Below, one piece after another: positions 8,472 through 17,442 of a stretch of DNA of 58,999 nucleotides. The position numbers and the translations under genes were made by a program. The stretch lies in assembly GCA_024280415.1 (NCBI GenBank), contig JAJRQE010000071.1, positions 1 through 58,999 of the forward strand, read 5' to 3'. The notes under the pieces were generated by a model. The model made no database searches. It was not told where the DNA came from and saw only the letters and a list, made by a program, of their open reading frames with translations. The DNA is from Spirochaetota bacterium (GTDB taxonomy: Bacteria > Spirochaetota > Spirochaetia > B11-G9). The first letter of the stretch is position 1. Each line of letters opens with the position of its first letter.

Positions 8472-9565
8472 TTGGTATCCCTCTTTATCTGAATGCCGAA
8501 ACGCTTTGGTTTGGTATACTGGTTAATCATTGGAACAAAAATATTCATAAGAATAATTGCAAGGGAAACTCCCTCGGGGAAGGATCCGTAAACCCGAATC
8601 AGGAAGGTGAGAAATCCCAGACCTATCCCAAAAATAATTCTCCCTTTCCCAGTCAGTGGAGATGTAACCATATCCGTGGCCATATAAACCGCTCCAAGGA
8701 TGATACCACCTGTAAAAATGTGGAAAACAACATCACCACTGAAATAGGTACCTCCTGTGTAACGGGTGCCCCCAAAAATCCAGATCAGTATGCCAAAACT
8801 CAGCAGGTACGAAACAGGGATATCCCAGGTAATTATCTTTCGTGCAAACAGATATATACTTCCAATTAGCAGTAGAAAAACAGATACTTCTCCCAGACTG
8901 CCGGGGATATTTCCTAAAAACATATCTACATACCCGTTGGCAAAATCCAATCCCAGATTATTGCTAAACCAGGCTGTAATACCTGAATCCAGTGTCGAGT
9001 GAGGGTAACCGGTTTCCACGAGAAAAGAAACGGGACTAACTGCAGTTCCTGTATAGTCCAGAAGCCCCGATTTGAGAAAACCGAGAGGTGTTGCGGTCGT
9101 CACAGTATCGATCCCGGAAAGAGCATCAGGCATTGTCCATCTGGTCATATGACCTGTCCATGAAAAGAAGACAAAGACCCTTCCTGCCAGAGCAGGATTC
9201 ATAAAGTTTCCGCCTAATCCTCCAAAGGTCCATTTAACAACAAATATTGCAAAAAAAGATGCTACAACAGGAATATACAGAGGAATTGCAGGGGGCATAT
9301 TGTAGGAAATAAGAAGTCCCGTCAAAACCGCACTGCCGTCCATAAGGGTATTCCTTTTAGCCAGATATCCCATAAGCGCTTCGGCTGCAACTGCAGAAAT
9401 TACAGATGCAAGAATAACGGTAATTACCCTTGGACCAAAAATCCATACCCCCCATACACCTGCGGGCAGTAGACATAAGCTGACCACCCACATTACTGAT
9501 TTTGTTGAATCAGATTGTTTTATCTGGGGAGAAGTTTCAATTATAAAGTTTGAATTATCACTCAT
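8468..9565 (-). CDS. rnfD: Rnf complex subunit D
   Basis: 365 aa, polytopic, NqrB/RnfD-like (GGxxxNPALxGR, ATPL). ATGA-type overlaps with its neighbours. Confidence 0.9.
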   Translation of the reverse strand: MSDNSNFIIETSPQIKQSDSTKSVMWVVSLCLLPAGVWGVWIFGPRVITVILASVISAVAAEALMGYLAKRNTLMDGSAVLTGLLISYNMPPAIPLYIPVVASFFAIFVVKWTFGGLGGNFMNPALAGRVFVFFSWTGHMTRWTMPDALSGIDTVTTATPLGFLKSGLLDYTGTAVSPVSFLVETGYPHSTLDSGITAWFSNNLGLDFANGYVDMFLGNIPGSLGEVSVFLLLIGSIYLFARKIITWDIPVSYLLSFGILIWIFGGTRYTGGTYFSGDVVFHIFTGGIILGAVYMATDMVTSPLTGKGRIIFGIGLGFLTFLIRVYGSFPEGVSLAIILMNIFVPMINQYTKPKRFGIQIKRDTK

Positions 9566-10254
9566 GATTTAACCTTCTTCATCCTTAACATCTTTTTTCC
9601 CAGTCGCATTCCCTGAACAAGAGGTATTCTTGCAAGACATACAAACCCACAGCTGCCGCATTCCTTACAATCCATAAGACCGAGGGAATCTGCACTGTCA
9701 TAATCGCTATGATCAATATATTTAAACAGGTTAGTAGGATCCAGTCCCATAGGGCATGCTTCTATGCATCTTCCGCATGATATACATGCTGTCCGGTGAG
9801 CACCATTAACCTCCCGGGATGTCAGGGCAAGAATTCCGCTGGTACCCTTTGTTACAGGAGTATCCAGATCGTAGATAGTAAAGCCCATCATAGGACCCCC
9901 TACTACTATCTTTGCAGGAACTTCTTTGAACCCTCCGCATTCCTCAATAAGACTGCTTATGGGTGTTCCAATTCTTACCTTAAGATTCTGAGGGTTTTTA
10001 AGAGCCCCGCCCGATACGGTTACAACCCGTTCGATTAGAGGCTTATCCAGAACCACAGCTTCATAAACCGCATGAACTGTTCCTACATTTGATACAACAC
10101 AACCAATTTCAATAGGAAGAGCTCCTGAGGGAACCTCTCTTCCAGTTACGGCTTTAAGAAGCTGTTTCTCATCTCCCTGGGGATATTTTACCTTCAGAGA
10201 AACAACTTCCAGGGGTAATTTCGCATTTTCTGCGGCCTTCTTAATTACTTCCAT
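9562..10254 (-). CDS. rnfC: Rnf complex subunit C, C-terminal fragment (homologous frame stays open upstream to about 10349)
   Basis: Two CxxCxxCxxxCP clusters (CISCGRCIEACP, CKECGSCGFVC) preceded by an RnfC soluble-ligand-binding-like region. Confidence 0.85.
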   Translation of the reverse strand: MEVIKKAAENAKLPLEVVSLKVKYPQGDEKQLLKAVTGREVPSGALPIEIGCVVSNVGTVHAVYEAVVLDKPLIERVVTVSGGALKNPQNLKVRIGTPISSLIEECGGFKEVPAKIVVGGPMMGFTIYDLDTPVTKGTSGILALTSREVNGAHRTACISCGRCIEACPMGLDPTNLFKYIDHSDYDSADSLGLMDCKECGSCGFVCLARIPLVQGMRLGKKMLRMKKVKS

Positions 10255-10322
10255 TGCGTCTGCCTTATTGATTTCTATCCCTATGACCAGTTTTTCCGGC
10301 TTTATAATGGAAGCAACTATCT

Positions 10323-10892
10323 TTATACCCTCAATGATCTTGTCGGCTTTTCCAGCATCAGGCGATGATCTGCAGTAAGGTAGGGCTCACACTCTACTCC
10401 ATTTATAAGCAGATACTCAGCTTTTTTACCCCTGGGGAGAGTAAACTTCACATTTGCAGGGAATGTAGCTCCCCCAAGACCCACAATACCGTTATCATTT
10501 ATTATTTCTATGAGTTCTTTTGGTGAAAAATGCTCCCAGCTGGTTTCAATAATTTCTTTTCCCAGTCTGTTAAATTCCCCTTCCATCTCAATTATAACTG
10601 CTTTGGAAGTCATACCATTGGGCAGATAAATATCACTTATCTCCCTTACCTTTCCGGGAACAGGGGAATGAACATTACCGGAAATAAAACCTGTGGATTT
10701 ACCAATAAGCATCCCCTCTTTAACTTCATCCCCGGGATTTACAATGCATTCAGAAGGAGACCCCAAATGCTGCGAGAGAGCCACAACAGATAAATCTGAA
10801 ATAACAGCATTTTTAATAGCCTTGTTTTCTGACAAATATTTCTTTCCGGGAGGATGTACACCTCCCTTACTGAATGTCTTTAAATCTTTCAT
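10323..10892 (-). CDS. rnfC: Rnf complex subunit C, N-terminal fragment
   Basis: MKDLKTFSKGGVHPP...QHLGSP...VHSPVPGKV...GLGGATFP...INGVECEPYLTADHRLM is the canonical RnfC N-terminus. It ends prematurely 7 codons after a frameshift. Confidence 0.85.
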   Translation of the reverse strand: MKDLKTFSKGGVHPPGKKYLSENKAIKNAVISDLSVVALSQHLGSPSECIVNPGDEVKEGMLIGKSTGFISGNVHSPVPGKVREISDIYLPNGMTSKAVIIEMEGEFNRLGKEIIETSWEHFSPKELIEIINDNGIVGLGGATFPANVKFTLPRGKKAEYLLINGVECEPYLTADHRLMLEKPTRSLRV

Positions 10893-12445
10893 ACTACCTG
10901 TTGTTTTCTCCTTACCATATATTCTTTAAGACCAAACAAGTCCGTTGGAGAGATATTACTAAACCATAGACCAAGAGCTAATATCAGAAACAGAGAAAAC
11001 CAGTAATGTTTTCTTAAGAAATTGTCCCTAACTATTCCCTGAGACTCTGACTGATATTTTACAAGTGTTGGAGAATTCTGGCTTAGGAGCATTGTTACAA
11101 TACCTGTATTTAAACTGCCGCTTATTATACTTTCATACCACGCATCTGTAAATATATTTACTGCAACATTTTCCTCTATAAACCCGTCATTTTCTCCTCT
11201 AAACCGCGGAATAGTTATTTTTTCATCCTGTCCGGGGAATTTATACTTAAAACCATAGGGATATGTTTCAAGATAACTCATATGTGAAACATAATCCGAG
11301 AGGTCAGGTAATTCAGATTGTCCGGAGTGTCTGTTCAGAACCTGAAGAGAGATTTGAGAAAAATCAGAAAGACCTTCAATCTTTACAGGAATAGGTATTT
11401 TGATGTTGATATTATTTGAAATATTACCAGGTATTAAGGGTGATATGAGTATTATTAGAACAAAAGCACAGGAAACTGCAAATTCAAACCCAAATCTAAA
11501 ACTCGAACCATGCCTAATCTTAACAGGAAAGAAAATTCTATGCTGCTGCCTTCTCCTCTTGTAGGCAAGTATAATTACATAAAAAAGAACTGAACTTAAA
11601 TGTGCGGAGAGTGCCATAAAGTAGGGAGCAATTTCTCCAACAGGATCACCATTCATCATTCGATAAATAAAAGAAAGAAGCATCAGGATCAGTGCGGATA
11701 TCAGTTTCCTGAAATTAAAAGCCTCAAATTTTCCGAAATTAAGATAGTGACGGTATGAACGGTACAACCTGGCTCCCATAAGAGACCATGCGTAGAGAAA
11801 AATGACAGCGACGATCATCCCTGTAAAATCGGATCTGGCAGAATATAAAAACCATGGGAATAGTCCCGGAATCAGAATAATTAATCTACTTCTGTTCCAA
11901 TAGATCAAAACTCCGGCAAAAAAAAGGAAAATAAAAATATTTAAAAGCGATTTTCCGGTTCTGATATCAGGAAGATACCATTTGAATTCATACCCGGCCA
12001 TTATCCTGCTGATCCGCTTGGAAAAATGATTTGGGGACAAGTCAGTTGAAATATAAATGATTGAAAAATTACCGGTATCCGATTCTCCATGAAAAAAAGC
12101 CGGAAGTTTTCGCAGAAAGGGATCGTATAACGGATCTTCTTCTATATAGTATTCCGATAACTCTGATACTGGTATTGATTTTTCAGAATTATAGTTAAAT
12201 ATTCTAATCTCACTATTGTACTCATTTACAACTTTAAAGTCTTCATATAACTCCAATTCGGCACTAATTTCTTCTACAGAGGCGATATCTTCTACAATCA
12301 GTGTAAAATAACCATTCCAATTTTGAGTTTTAATATTTTTCAGGGAACTATTAATCGAAATTGAAAGTACAATAAACACTAAAGCAGTAATAAAGAGTGT
12401 TGAAAGACTTATAGTTTTATTGTTTAAATATTTCATTTTCCACAT
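10889..12445 (-). CDS. Polytopic membrane protein of unknown function, first gene of the rnf transcription unit
   Basis: 518 aa with an N-terminal TM, a soluble domain, about 6 central TMs and a C-terminal TM. Its stop overlaps the rnfC start by 4 nt. Confidence 0.7.
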   Translation of the reverse strand: MWKMKYLNNKTISLSTLFITALVFIVLSISINSSLKNIKTQNWNGYFTLIVEDIASVEEISAELELYEDFKVVNEYNSEIRIFNYNSEKSIPVSELSEYYIEEDPLYDPFLRKLPAFFHGESDTGNFSIIYISTDLSPNHFSKRISRIMAGYEFKWYLPDIRTGKSLLNIFIFLFFAGVLIYWNRSRLIILIPGLFPWFLYSARSDFTGMIVAVIFLYAWSLMGARLYRSYRHYLNFGKFEAFNFRKLISALILMLLSFIYRMMNGDPVGEIAPYFMALSAHLSSVLFYVIILAYKRRRQQHRIFFPVKIRHGSSFRFGFEFAVSCAFVLIILISPLIPGNISNNINIKIPIPVKIEGLSDFSQISLQVLNRHSGQSELPDLSDYVSHMSYLETYPYGFKYKFPGQDEKITIPRFRGENDGFIEENVAVNIFTDAWYESIISGSLNTGIVTMLLSQNSPTLVKYQSESQGIVRDNFLRKHYWFSLFLILALGLWFSNISPTDLFGLKEYMVRRKQQVV

Positions 12446-12585
12446 TCACAAAAATTTTAAAGGATATAACAGTTTCTATTTTGATTTACTTTTTGTCAAG
12501 CAAAACAAAGTAACGAAAAATAGTCACACAGCTTTTTGCACTGAACCCTATTATAGATGATAAAGCCTGTTATAAAAACATATCA

Positions 12586-12614
12586 TTGAACTTGATTCCC
12601 GCAAAGTGTATAAT
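12586..12614 (+). promoter_or_regulatory. Sigma70-type promoter TTGAAC-17-TATAAT ending 6 nt before ATG 12621
   Basis: TTGAAC at 12586-12591, TATAAT at 12609-12614, no SD before ATG 12621. Confidence 0.5.
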
Positions 12615-13478
12615 TTGTCAATGATTAGAATTTTTAGACATTTAAGCTGGATGATTAAAGGTGTTCAAACTTTTGTCCTGGTTGGAAAAAGCGGAACAGG
12701 AAAAAGTTTCAGAGCAAAACTTGTCTCACAAAAATATGGGATTGAGTTACTCATCGATGACGGTCTTCTCATTAGAGATCAGAAAATTATTGCAGGAATA
12801 TCAGCAAAAAAAGCAAAATCTTACCTTGGCGCCATAAAAACAGCCGTTTTTGACGATATGAAACATAGAATGAGTGTAATTAAAGCTCTTGAAAAAGAGA
12901 ACTTTAAACGAGTTCTGATTCTTGGCACCTCAGAAAAAATGGTGCGAAAAATTGCACACAGATTGAGACTGCCCTCTCCTTATAAAATACTCAATATTGA
13001 GCAGATTGCCAGTAAAGAAGAGATTGCAATGGCCGTCAAATCCCGTAAAATGGAAGGAAAGCATGTTATTCCCGTTCCTGCAATTGAAATTCACCGTACT
13101 TATCCCAGGTTTGTTTATGATTCGATACGAGTTTTTGTAAAGAAAAATTTTCTCTTTAAAGGAAAAAACGAAGTCTTTGAAAAATCCATCGTCCGACCGG
13201 AATTCGGGGAGAAAGGTAAAATTCGAATTTCGGAATCCGCTATTGCCCAAATGGTGAATCACTGTGTTGATGAGTTTGACGATACCATTTCAGTTCGTAA
13301 AATACAGGTTAAAAATGATACCAGAGGGTATAAATTAAAAATAATAATACACATACCCCTTGGTGTACAAATGTCAGGTTCAATTCACAATCTTCAGGAA
13401 TATATTATTGAAAGCATTGAACGTTATTCCGGTGTAAATATCCATAACGTGACTATAACGATAGATAAATTACTTTAA
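12606..13478 (+). CDS. HprK-like P-loop domain fused to Asp23/Gls24-like domain (probable true start ATG 12621)
   Basis: VLVGKSGTGKSFRAKLVSQKYGIELLIDDGLLIRD resembles the HPr kinase Walker A region (GxSGxGKS..L...G..LvaDD). The C-terminal GKIRISESAIAQMV...GVNIHNVTITIDKL is Asp23-like. Confidence 0.75.
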   Translation: MYNLSMIRIFRHLSWMIKGVQTFVLVGKSGTGKSFRAKLVSQKYGIELLIDDGLLIRDQKIIAGISAKKAKSYLGAIKTAVFDDMKHRMSVIKALEKENFKRVLILGTSEKMVRKIAHRLRLPSPYKILNIEQIASKEEIAMAVKSRKMEGKHVIPVPAIEIHRTYPRFVYDSIRVFVKKNFLFKGKNEVFEKSIVRPEFGEKGKIRISESAIAQMVNHCVDEFDDTISVRKIQVKNDTRGYKLKIIIHIPLGVQMSGSIHNLQEYIIESIERYSGVNIHNVTITIDKLL

Positions 13479-13553
13479 ATTGATATAATGGAGTTATATT
13501 TCAGGAGAACTATTAAAAAAATCACAGATCCTTGAAGCTCATAAGAAAAATAT

Positions 13554-13582
13554 TTGACAAAGTTCTTTGATAAACATAAGGT
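13554..13582 (+). promoter_or_regulatory. Candidate sigma70 promoter TTGACA-17-TAAGGT
   Basis: TTGACA at 13554-13559, weak -10 TAAGGT at 13577-13582, followed by SD AAGGGAG and ATG 13601. Confidence 0.4.
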
Positions 13583-13600
13583 ATTAAAAGGGAGAATCAT

Positions 13601-14866
13601 ATGAAAAGGACAATCTTTATATTATTAATCTCAATTCTGTTTGCCATACCACTCTTCAGTCAGAACCTGCAAATGGCTGAAAGCACCAATTATCGGGTAT
13701 ATTCTGAACTCAGCAAGGAAAATGCACAGTTTATTGCGACCGCAATGGATCAATACTTTAACCTGTACAACCAATATTTTCATTTTGATAGAAATAAACT
13801 TACATCCAAACTTCAGATCAGATTGTTTAAGTCTAAAGATGGTTTTGATGAATATCTTTCTTCGATTATTCCGGAAACAAGCAGTTCCTTTGTTTTTCTT
13901 CAATACAAAAACATCAATAAAAGTGACCTTGTCGTTTACCTTGTAGATGATATTGAAAAAATGACAAAAATGATGATTCATCACGGTTTCGTACAGTTCC
14001 TAAAAACATTTATTGCCGAACCGCCTCTCTGGATACAAAAGGGGTTTGCTATTTACTTTGAGAAGAGTCTGTATAACAGCGAAGACAACACAGTAATTTT
14101 TCGCAATAATCTTGACTGGGCTATTACTTTAAAAAAATATATTTCGGCAGACAGAAAAGACCCTCTCAATCAGAAGCTTTTCAGTATTTCGGAACTACTT
14201 AGTATCAATAATAAAACAGCAAACAAAAATATAAATATATTCTATGCGGAGTCATGGGGTCTTGTAAATTTCCTTCTTAACTCAAAGTACAAAGAATACA
14301 ACAGGGTTATCTGGGATGCTGTTTCAGCAATGAAGCAGGATGCCTCAAAAACTGAGAATGAAACTGCTATTGTAAAATCATCATTCGAATGGACTGATAA
14401 AAACAGATTTATTACAGATTTTTATTTTTATATTGATTCCCTTAAGACTTTCAACGAACTGGTACAGGATGGAATAAAACTCTACGCAGAAGGGTCTCTG
14501 GATGAAGCTGAAAGACTATTTATTAAAGCAATGATCCTTGATGAAAACAACTATATTCCCTACTACTACATGGGTCTTATAAACTATGGCAGAAAAGACT
14601 ACTCCATGGCGGAGTATTACTACCATTCAACCATCGATATGGGAGGAAATCCTGATCTTGGTTACTATGCTCTGGGAGTTAATTCCTATGCCGACTCAAA
14701 CCAGAAAGATACACTCTTTTACCTCAGTAAGGTCAGTGCAGGAGAATACAAGACTAAAGCCGATGAACTTCTGGCAACTGTCAGGGGAGAAACTACCGAA
14801 ACAGATCCTGTTTCGGATACTCCTGAAGGGGAAACAAAGGATGGTCAGTCTAAATCAGGTAAGTAG
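13601..14866 (+). CDS. Secreted protein with degenerate peptidase-MA-like domain plus C-terminal TPR repeats
   Basis: Signal peptide MKRTIFILLISILFAIPLFSQ. MMIHHGFVQF...PLWIQKGFAIYFE resembles HExxH...WxxEGxAxYxE with the catalytic Glu lost. TPR-like YYYMGLINYGRKDYSMAEYYY. Confidence 0.7.
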   Translation: MKRTIFILLISILFAIPLFSQNLQMAESTNYRVYSELSKENAQFIATAMDQYFNLYNQYFHFDRNKLTSKLQIRLFKSKDGFDEYLSSIIPETSSSFVFLQYKNINKSDLVVYLVDDIEKMTKMMIHHGFVQFLKTFIAEPPLWIQKGFAIYFEKSLYNSEDNTVIFRNNLDWAITLKKYISADRKDPLNQKLFSISELLSINNKTANKNINIFYAESWGLVNFLLNSKYKEYNRVIWDAVSAMKQDASKTENETAIVKSSFEWTDKNRFITDFYFYIDSLKTFNELVQDGIKLYAEGSLDEAERLFIKAMILDENNYIPYYYMGLINYGRKDYSMAEYYYHSTIDMGGNPDLGYYALGVNSYADSNQKDTLFYLSKVSAGEYKTKADELLATVRGETTETDPVSDTPEGETKDGQSKSGK

Positions 14867-14888
14867 GATTATGTGAATTAAAGTTAAG

Positions 14889-14913
14889 CCGCTGATCACT
14901 CAGCGGTGTTTTT
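14889..14913 (+). terminator. Rho-independent terminator between convergent genes
   Basis: CCGCTGA-tcac-TCAGCGG followed by TGTTTTT. Confidence 0.6.
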
Positions 14914-15751
14914 ATCGCTTCCGCTGATGACGATTCTTATCGTAGTGTTTCCTGGGGTGTTTTTTTTCAAACTTTACTTTTGTTTTCCTGATAGCATTTT
15001 TTGGAGGAATAATACCTTCCTTACGAAAAAGTTTTACAACGGCCATCTCAACTTCCTGATTAGGGGGTGTTATAGGATTGATAAGCCTTTTAATATCTTT
15101 GAAAATTTCCCTGAATAAATCACTCGTATTTTCGTACTCATCGGGAAAGGTTATGAACGAAGAAACCAATGCTGCAATATGCCGTCCTTTTCGTTTTTCC
15201 CCTTTTCGTCTGACTTCCTTATCAAGAGAATCGAGATCCTGAAAGAAAATATCTATATGCTCACTTTTTCTTTTCCCGGAAAGAAGTGAATCAATTTCAG
15301 GAAGCATGAAACAGAGCAGGTTATACTTAATAAGAAGCTTAAAAACAGGGTTGGCGTACCCTGTTGCAACAATTTTCAGAACTTCTTCTGTCATCCTTGA
15401 GGGGGAACATCTTTTAAGTTCATTCCTATACTTTTTTATACTCCTGCCAAGCTTGTAGGTAAGAGTAAATCCAGTAGTCCCTGAATATTTCAACGCTCTT
15501 ATCATTCTGACTGGATCTTCTATAAATGTCCTGGAAAGCGGAATAAGGGATCGAATTTTTTTATGCTGAACATCTTTCCATCCATCAATAAAATCAATAA
15601 TATATTCCTTCTGGGGATCATAATAAAGTGCATTAATTGTAAAATCTCTTCTCTTTACATCATCCTCAATCTTTCCATATACATTATTATCATTATCCTC
15701 TGACTGTGACCGGAAAGTTGACACCTCGATTATTTTGTTTGGGTAGTACAT
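14912..15751 (-). CDS. Poly(A) polymerase/tRNA nucleotidyltransferase family (PcnB-like), C-terminal fragment
   Basis: IIEVSTFRS...RRDFTINALYYD...EDPVRMIRALKY are class-II nucleotidyltransferase motifs. The frame stays open upstream through NARIIGRRFRLVH. Confidence 0.8.
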   Translation of the reverse strand: MYYPNKIIEVSTFRSQSEDNDNNVYGKIEDDVKRRDFTINALYYDPQKEYIIDFIDGWKDVQHKKIRSLIPLSRTFIEDPVRMIRALKYSGTTGFTLTYKLGRSIKKYRNELKRCSPSRMTEEVLKIVATGYANPVFKLLIKYNLLCFMLPEIDSLLSGKRKSEHIDIFFQDLDSLDKEVRRKGEKRKGRHIAALVSSFITFPDEYENTSDLFREIFKDIKRLINPITPPNQEVEMAVVKLFRKEGIIPPKNAIRKTKVKFEKKHPRKHYDKNRHQRKR

Positions 15752-15777
15752 ATGGACAAGGCGGAACCGTCTGCCTA

Positions 15778-16044
15778 TTATTCTGGCGTTCCAAAATGTT
15801 TTTTTATTTTTCCGGGGAGAGCCTCTGTAGCAATATCAAAATCCTTTGGATTTTTATTCAACAGCAGATCCCGGACAGCTCCACCGACTATATAAGCATC
15901 AAATCCTGAGGTACTCAACTTTTCAGTGATCTTAACAGCATCTTTATCCATGAGGGTTTTGTCAATATTGTGATCGGCTTTGGTATAAATTCTGGCTATT
16001 GCTTTCCTTTTACCGCCCTTTGAAGTTCCATATCGTATAAGCAA
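15778..16044 (-). CDS. PcnB-like nucleotidyltransferase, N-terminal fragment
   Basis: AYIVGGAVRDLLLNKNPKDFDIAT is the GGxVRD / DxD head-domain motif. Truncated after KKHFGTPE. Confidence 0.8.
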   Translation of the reverse strand: MLIRYGTSKGGKRKAIARIYTKADHNIDKTLMDKDAVKITEKLSTSGFDAYIVGGAVRDLLLNKNPKDFDIATEALPGKIKKHFGTPE

Positions 16045-16125
16045 TTTAACACTCGCTTGAAATTTTATTATATTTTAGTCTACTATAATAAAATTGAAAG
16101 GTATAGTAATCAAGAGGGGAAAAGT

Positions 16126-17442
16126 GTGTTGATAGAACCGAAAGTTTTGAAGGGATTTAGAGATTTCCTTCCTGAAAAAGAGATAAAAAGAAAAAAAATA
16201 ATTAAAATACTTGAAAAAACATTTAAAAATTTTGGTTTTCAGCCCATCGATACACCTGCCCTGGAGTACAGGGAGGTTCTTCTGGGAAAAGGCGGAGGAG
16301 AAACAGATAAGCAGGTATATGCATTTAAAGATAATGGAAATCGTGATGTTGCCCTTAGATTTGATCTTACGGTCCCTTTTGCACGATTTATGGCAGCTCA
16401 TCTTAATGATCTTACATTACCATTTAAAAGATTTCACATAGACAAGGTCTGGCGGGGAGAAAATACTCAGAGGGGAAGATACAGAGAGTTTATTCAATGT
16501 GATTTTGATATTGTGGGGCTTGATAATGCTTCTGCAGATTTTGAGATTCTTCAGCTAATGCAGGCCTCTTTCAAAGCAATGGGTATTACGAATATTACAG
16601 TTAAAATAAACCACCGTGGAATATTTAATGATTTTCTCTTCTACATCAACGCCTCCGAAAAAGCAGTGGAAGTTATGCGGATAGTGGATAAAATAGCCAA
16701 AATTGGTAAAGAGAAAGTAACTGAGAGTCTCTCCTCACTCCTGAATATGGAATCTGCACTAAAAATTGTTGATTTTATTGAACCTTCCGGAACTTTCAAG
16801 GAAACCCTTGATAAAATAACCTTTCTCTCCGGAGGAGAATCAGAAAACACTGAAAGAGTTCGAACAGTTTATGAATATATGAAAGATCTTGGGATTGAAT
16901 CCGGATTTGAACTTGATCCATCCATTACCAGAGGCCTGGATTACTATACAGGTATTGTATATGAGACATTGCTAAATGATCTGCCTGGACTGGGTTCAGT
17001 TTGCTCCGGCGGACGATACAACAATCTGGCTTCGGTTTATACAAAAAAAGATCTTCCCGGAGTGGGCTCCTCCATCGGTCTTGACCGTCTTCTGGCAGGA
17101 ATGGAAGAGTTGGATCTCCTACAGAAATATGATACAGGGTTTGATCTTATTATTCTTAATTTTGAAGATTCATCAATCTCACACAATCACTCTATAGCCG
17201 CTGCTGTCAGAGAATCGGGCCTTTCATGTGAAGTCTATCATTCAAAAAAGAAACTCCGCACTCAATTTGCCTATTCAGAAAAAAAGAATATTAGATTCAC
17301 TATTATCTGCGGCCCGGATGAACTGGAATCTGATACTGTAACTTTGAAGAATATTTCTACAAGGGAGAATTATAATAAAATTTCTCTCCCAGAGGCTATT
17401 ACCATTATAAAAAGGTTCGAGGATACAAAAATTGATAAATAA
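16126..17442 (+). CDS. hisS: Histidine--tRNA ligase
   Basis: LKGFRDFLP, FRGENTQRGRYREFIQCDFDIVG and GGGRYNNL are class-II HisRS motifs. GTG 16126 sits 5 nt after GAGGGGA; the track TTG 16057 gives an implausible N-terminus. Confidence 0.9.
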   Translation: MLIEPKVLKGFRDFLPEKEIKRKKIIKILEKTFKNFGFQPIDTPALEYREVLLGKGGGETDKQVYAFKDNGNRDVALRFDLTVPFARFMAAHLNDLTLPFKRFHIDKVWRGENTQRGRYREFIQCDFDIVGLDNASADFEILQLMQASFKAMGITNITVKINHRGIFNDFLFYINASEKAVEVMRIVDKIAKIGKEKVTESLSSLLNMESALKIVDFIEPSGTFKETLDKITFLSGGESENTERVRTVYEYMKDLGIESGFELDPSITRGLDYYTGIVYETLLNDLPGLGSVCSGGRYNNLASVYTKKDLPGVGSSIGLDRLLAGMEELDLLQKYDTGFDLIILNFEDSSISHNHSIAAAVRESGLSCEVYHSKKKLRTQFAYSEKKNIRFTIICGPDELESDTVTLKNISTRENYNKISLPEAITIIKRFEDTKIDK

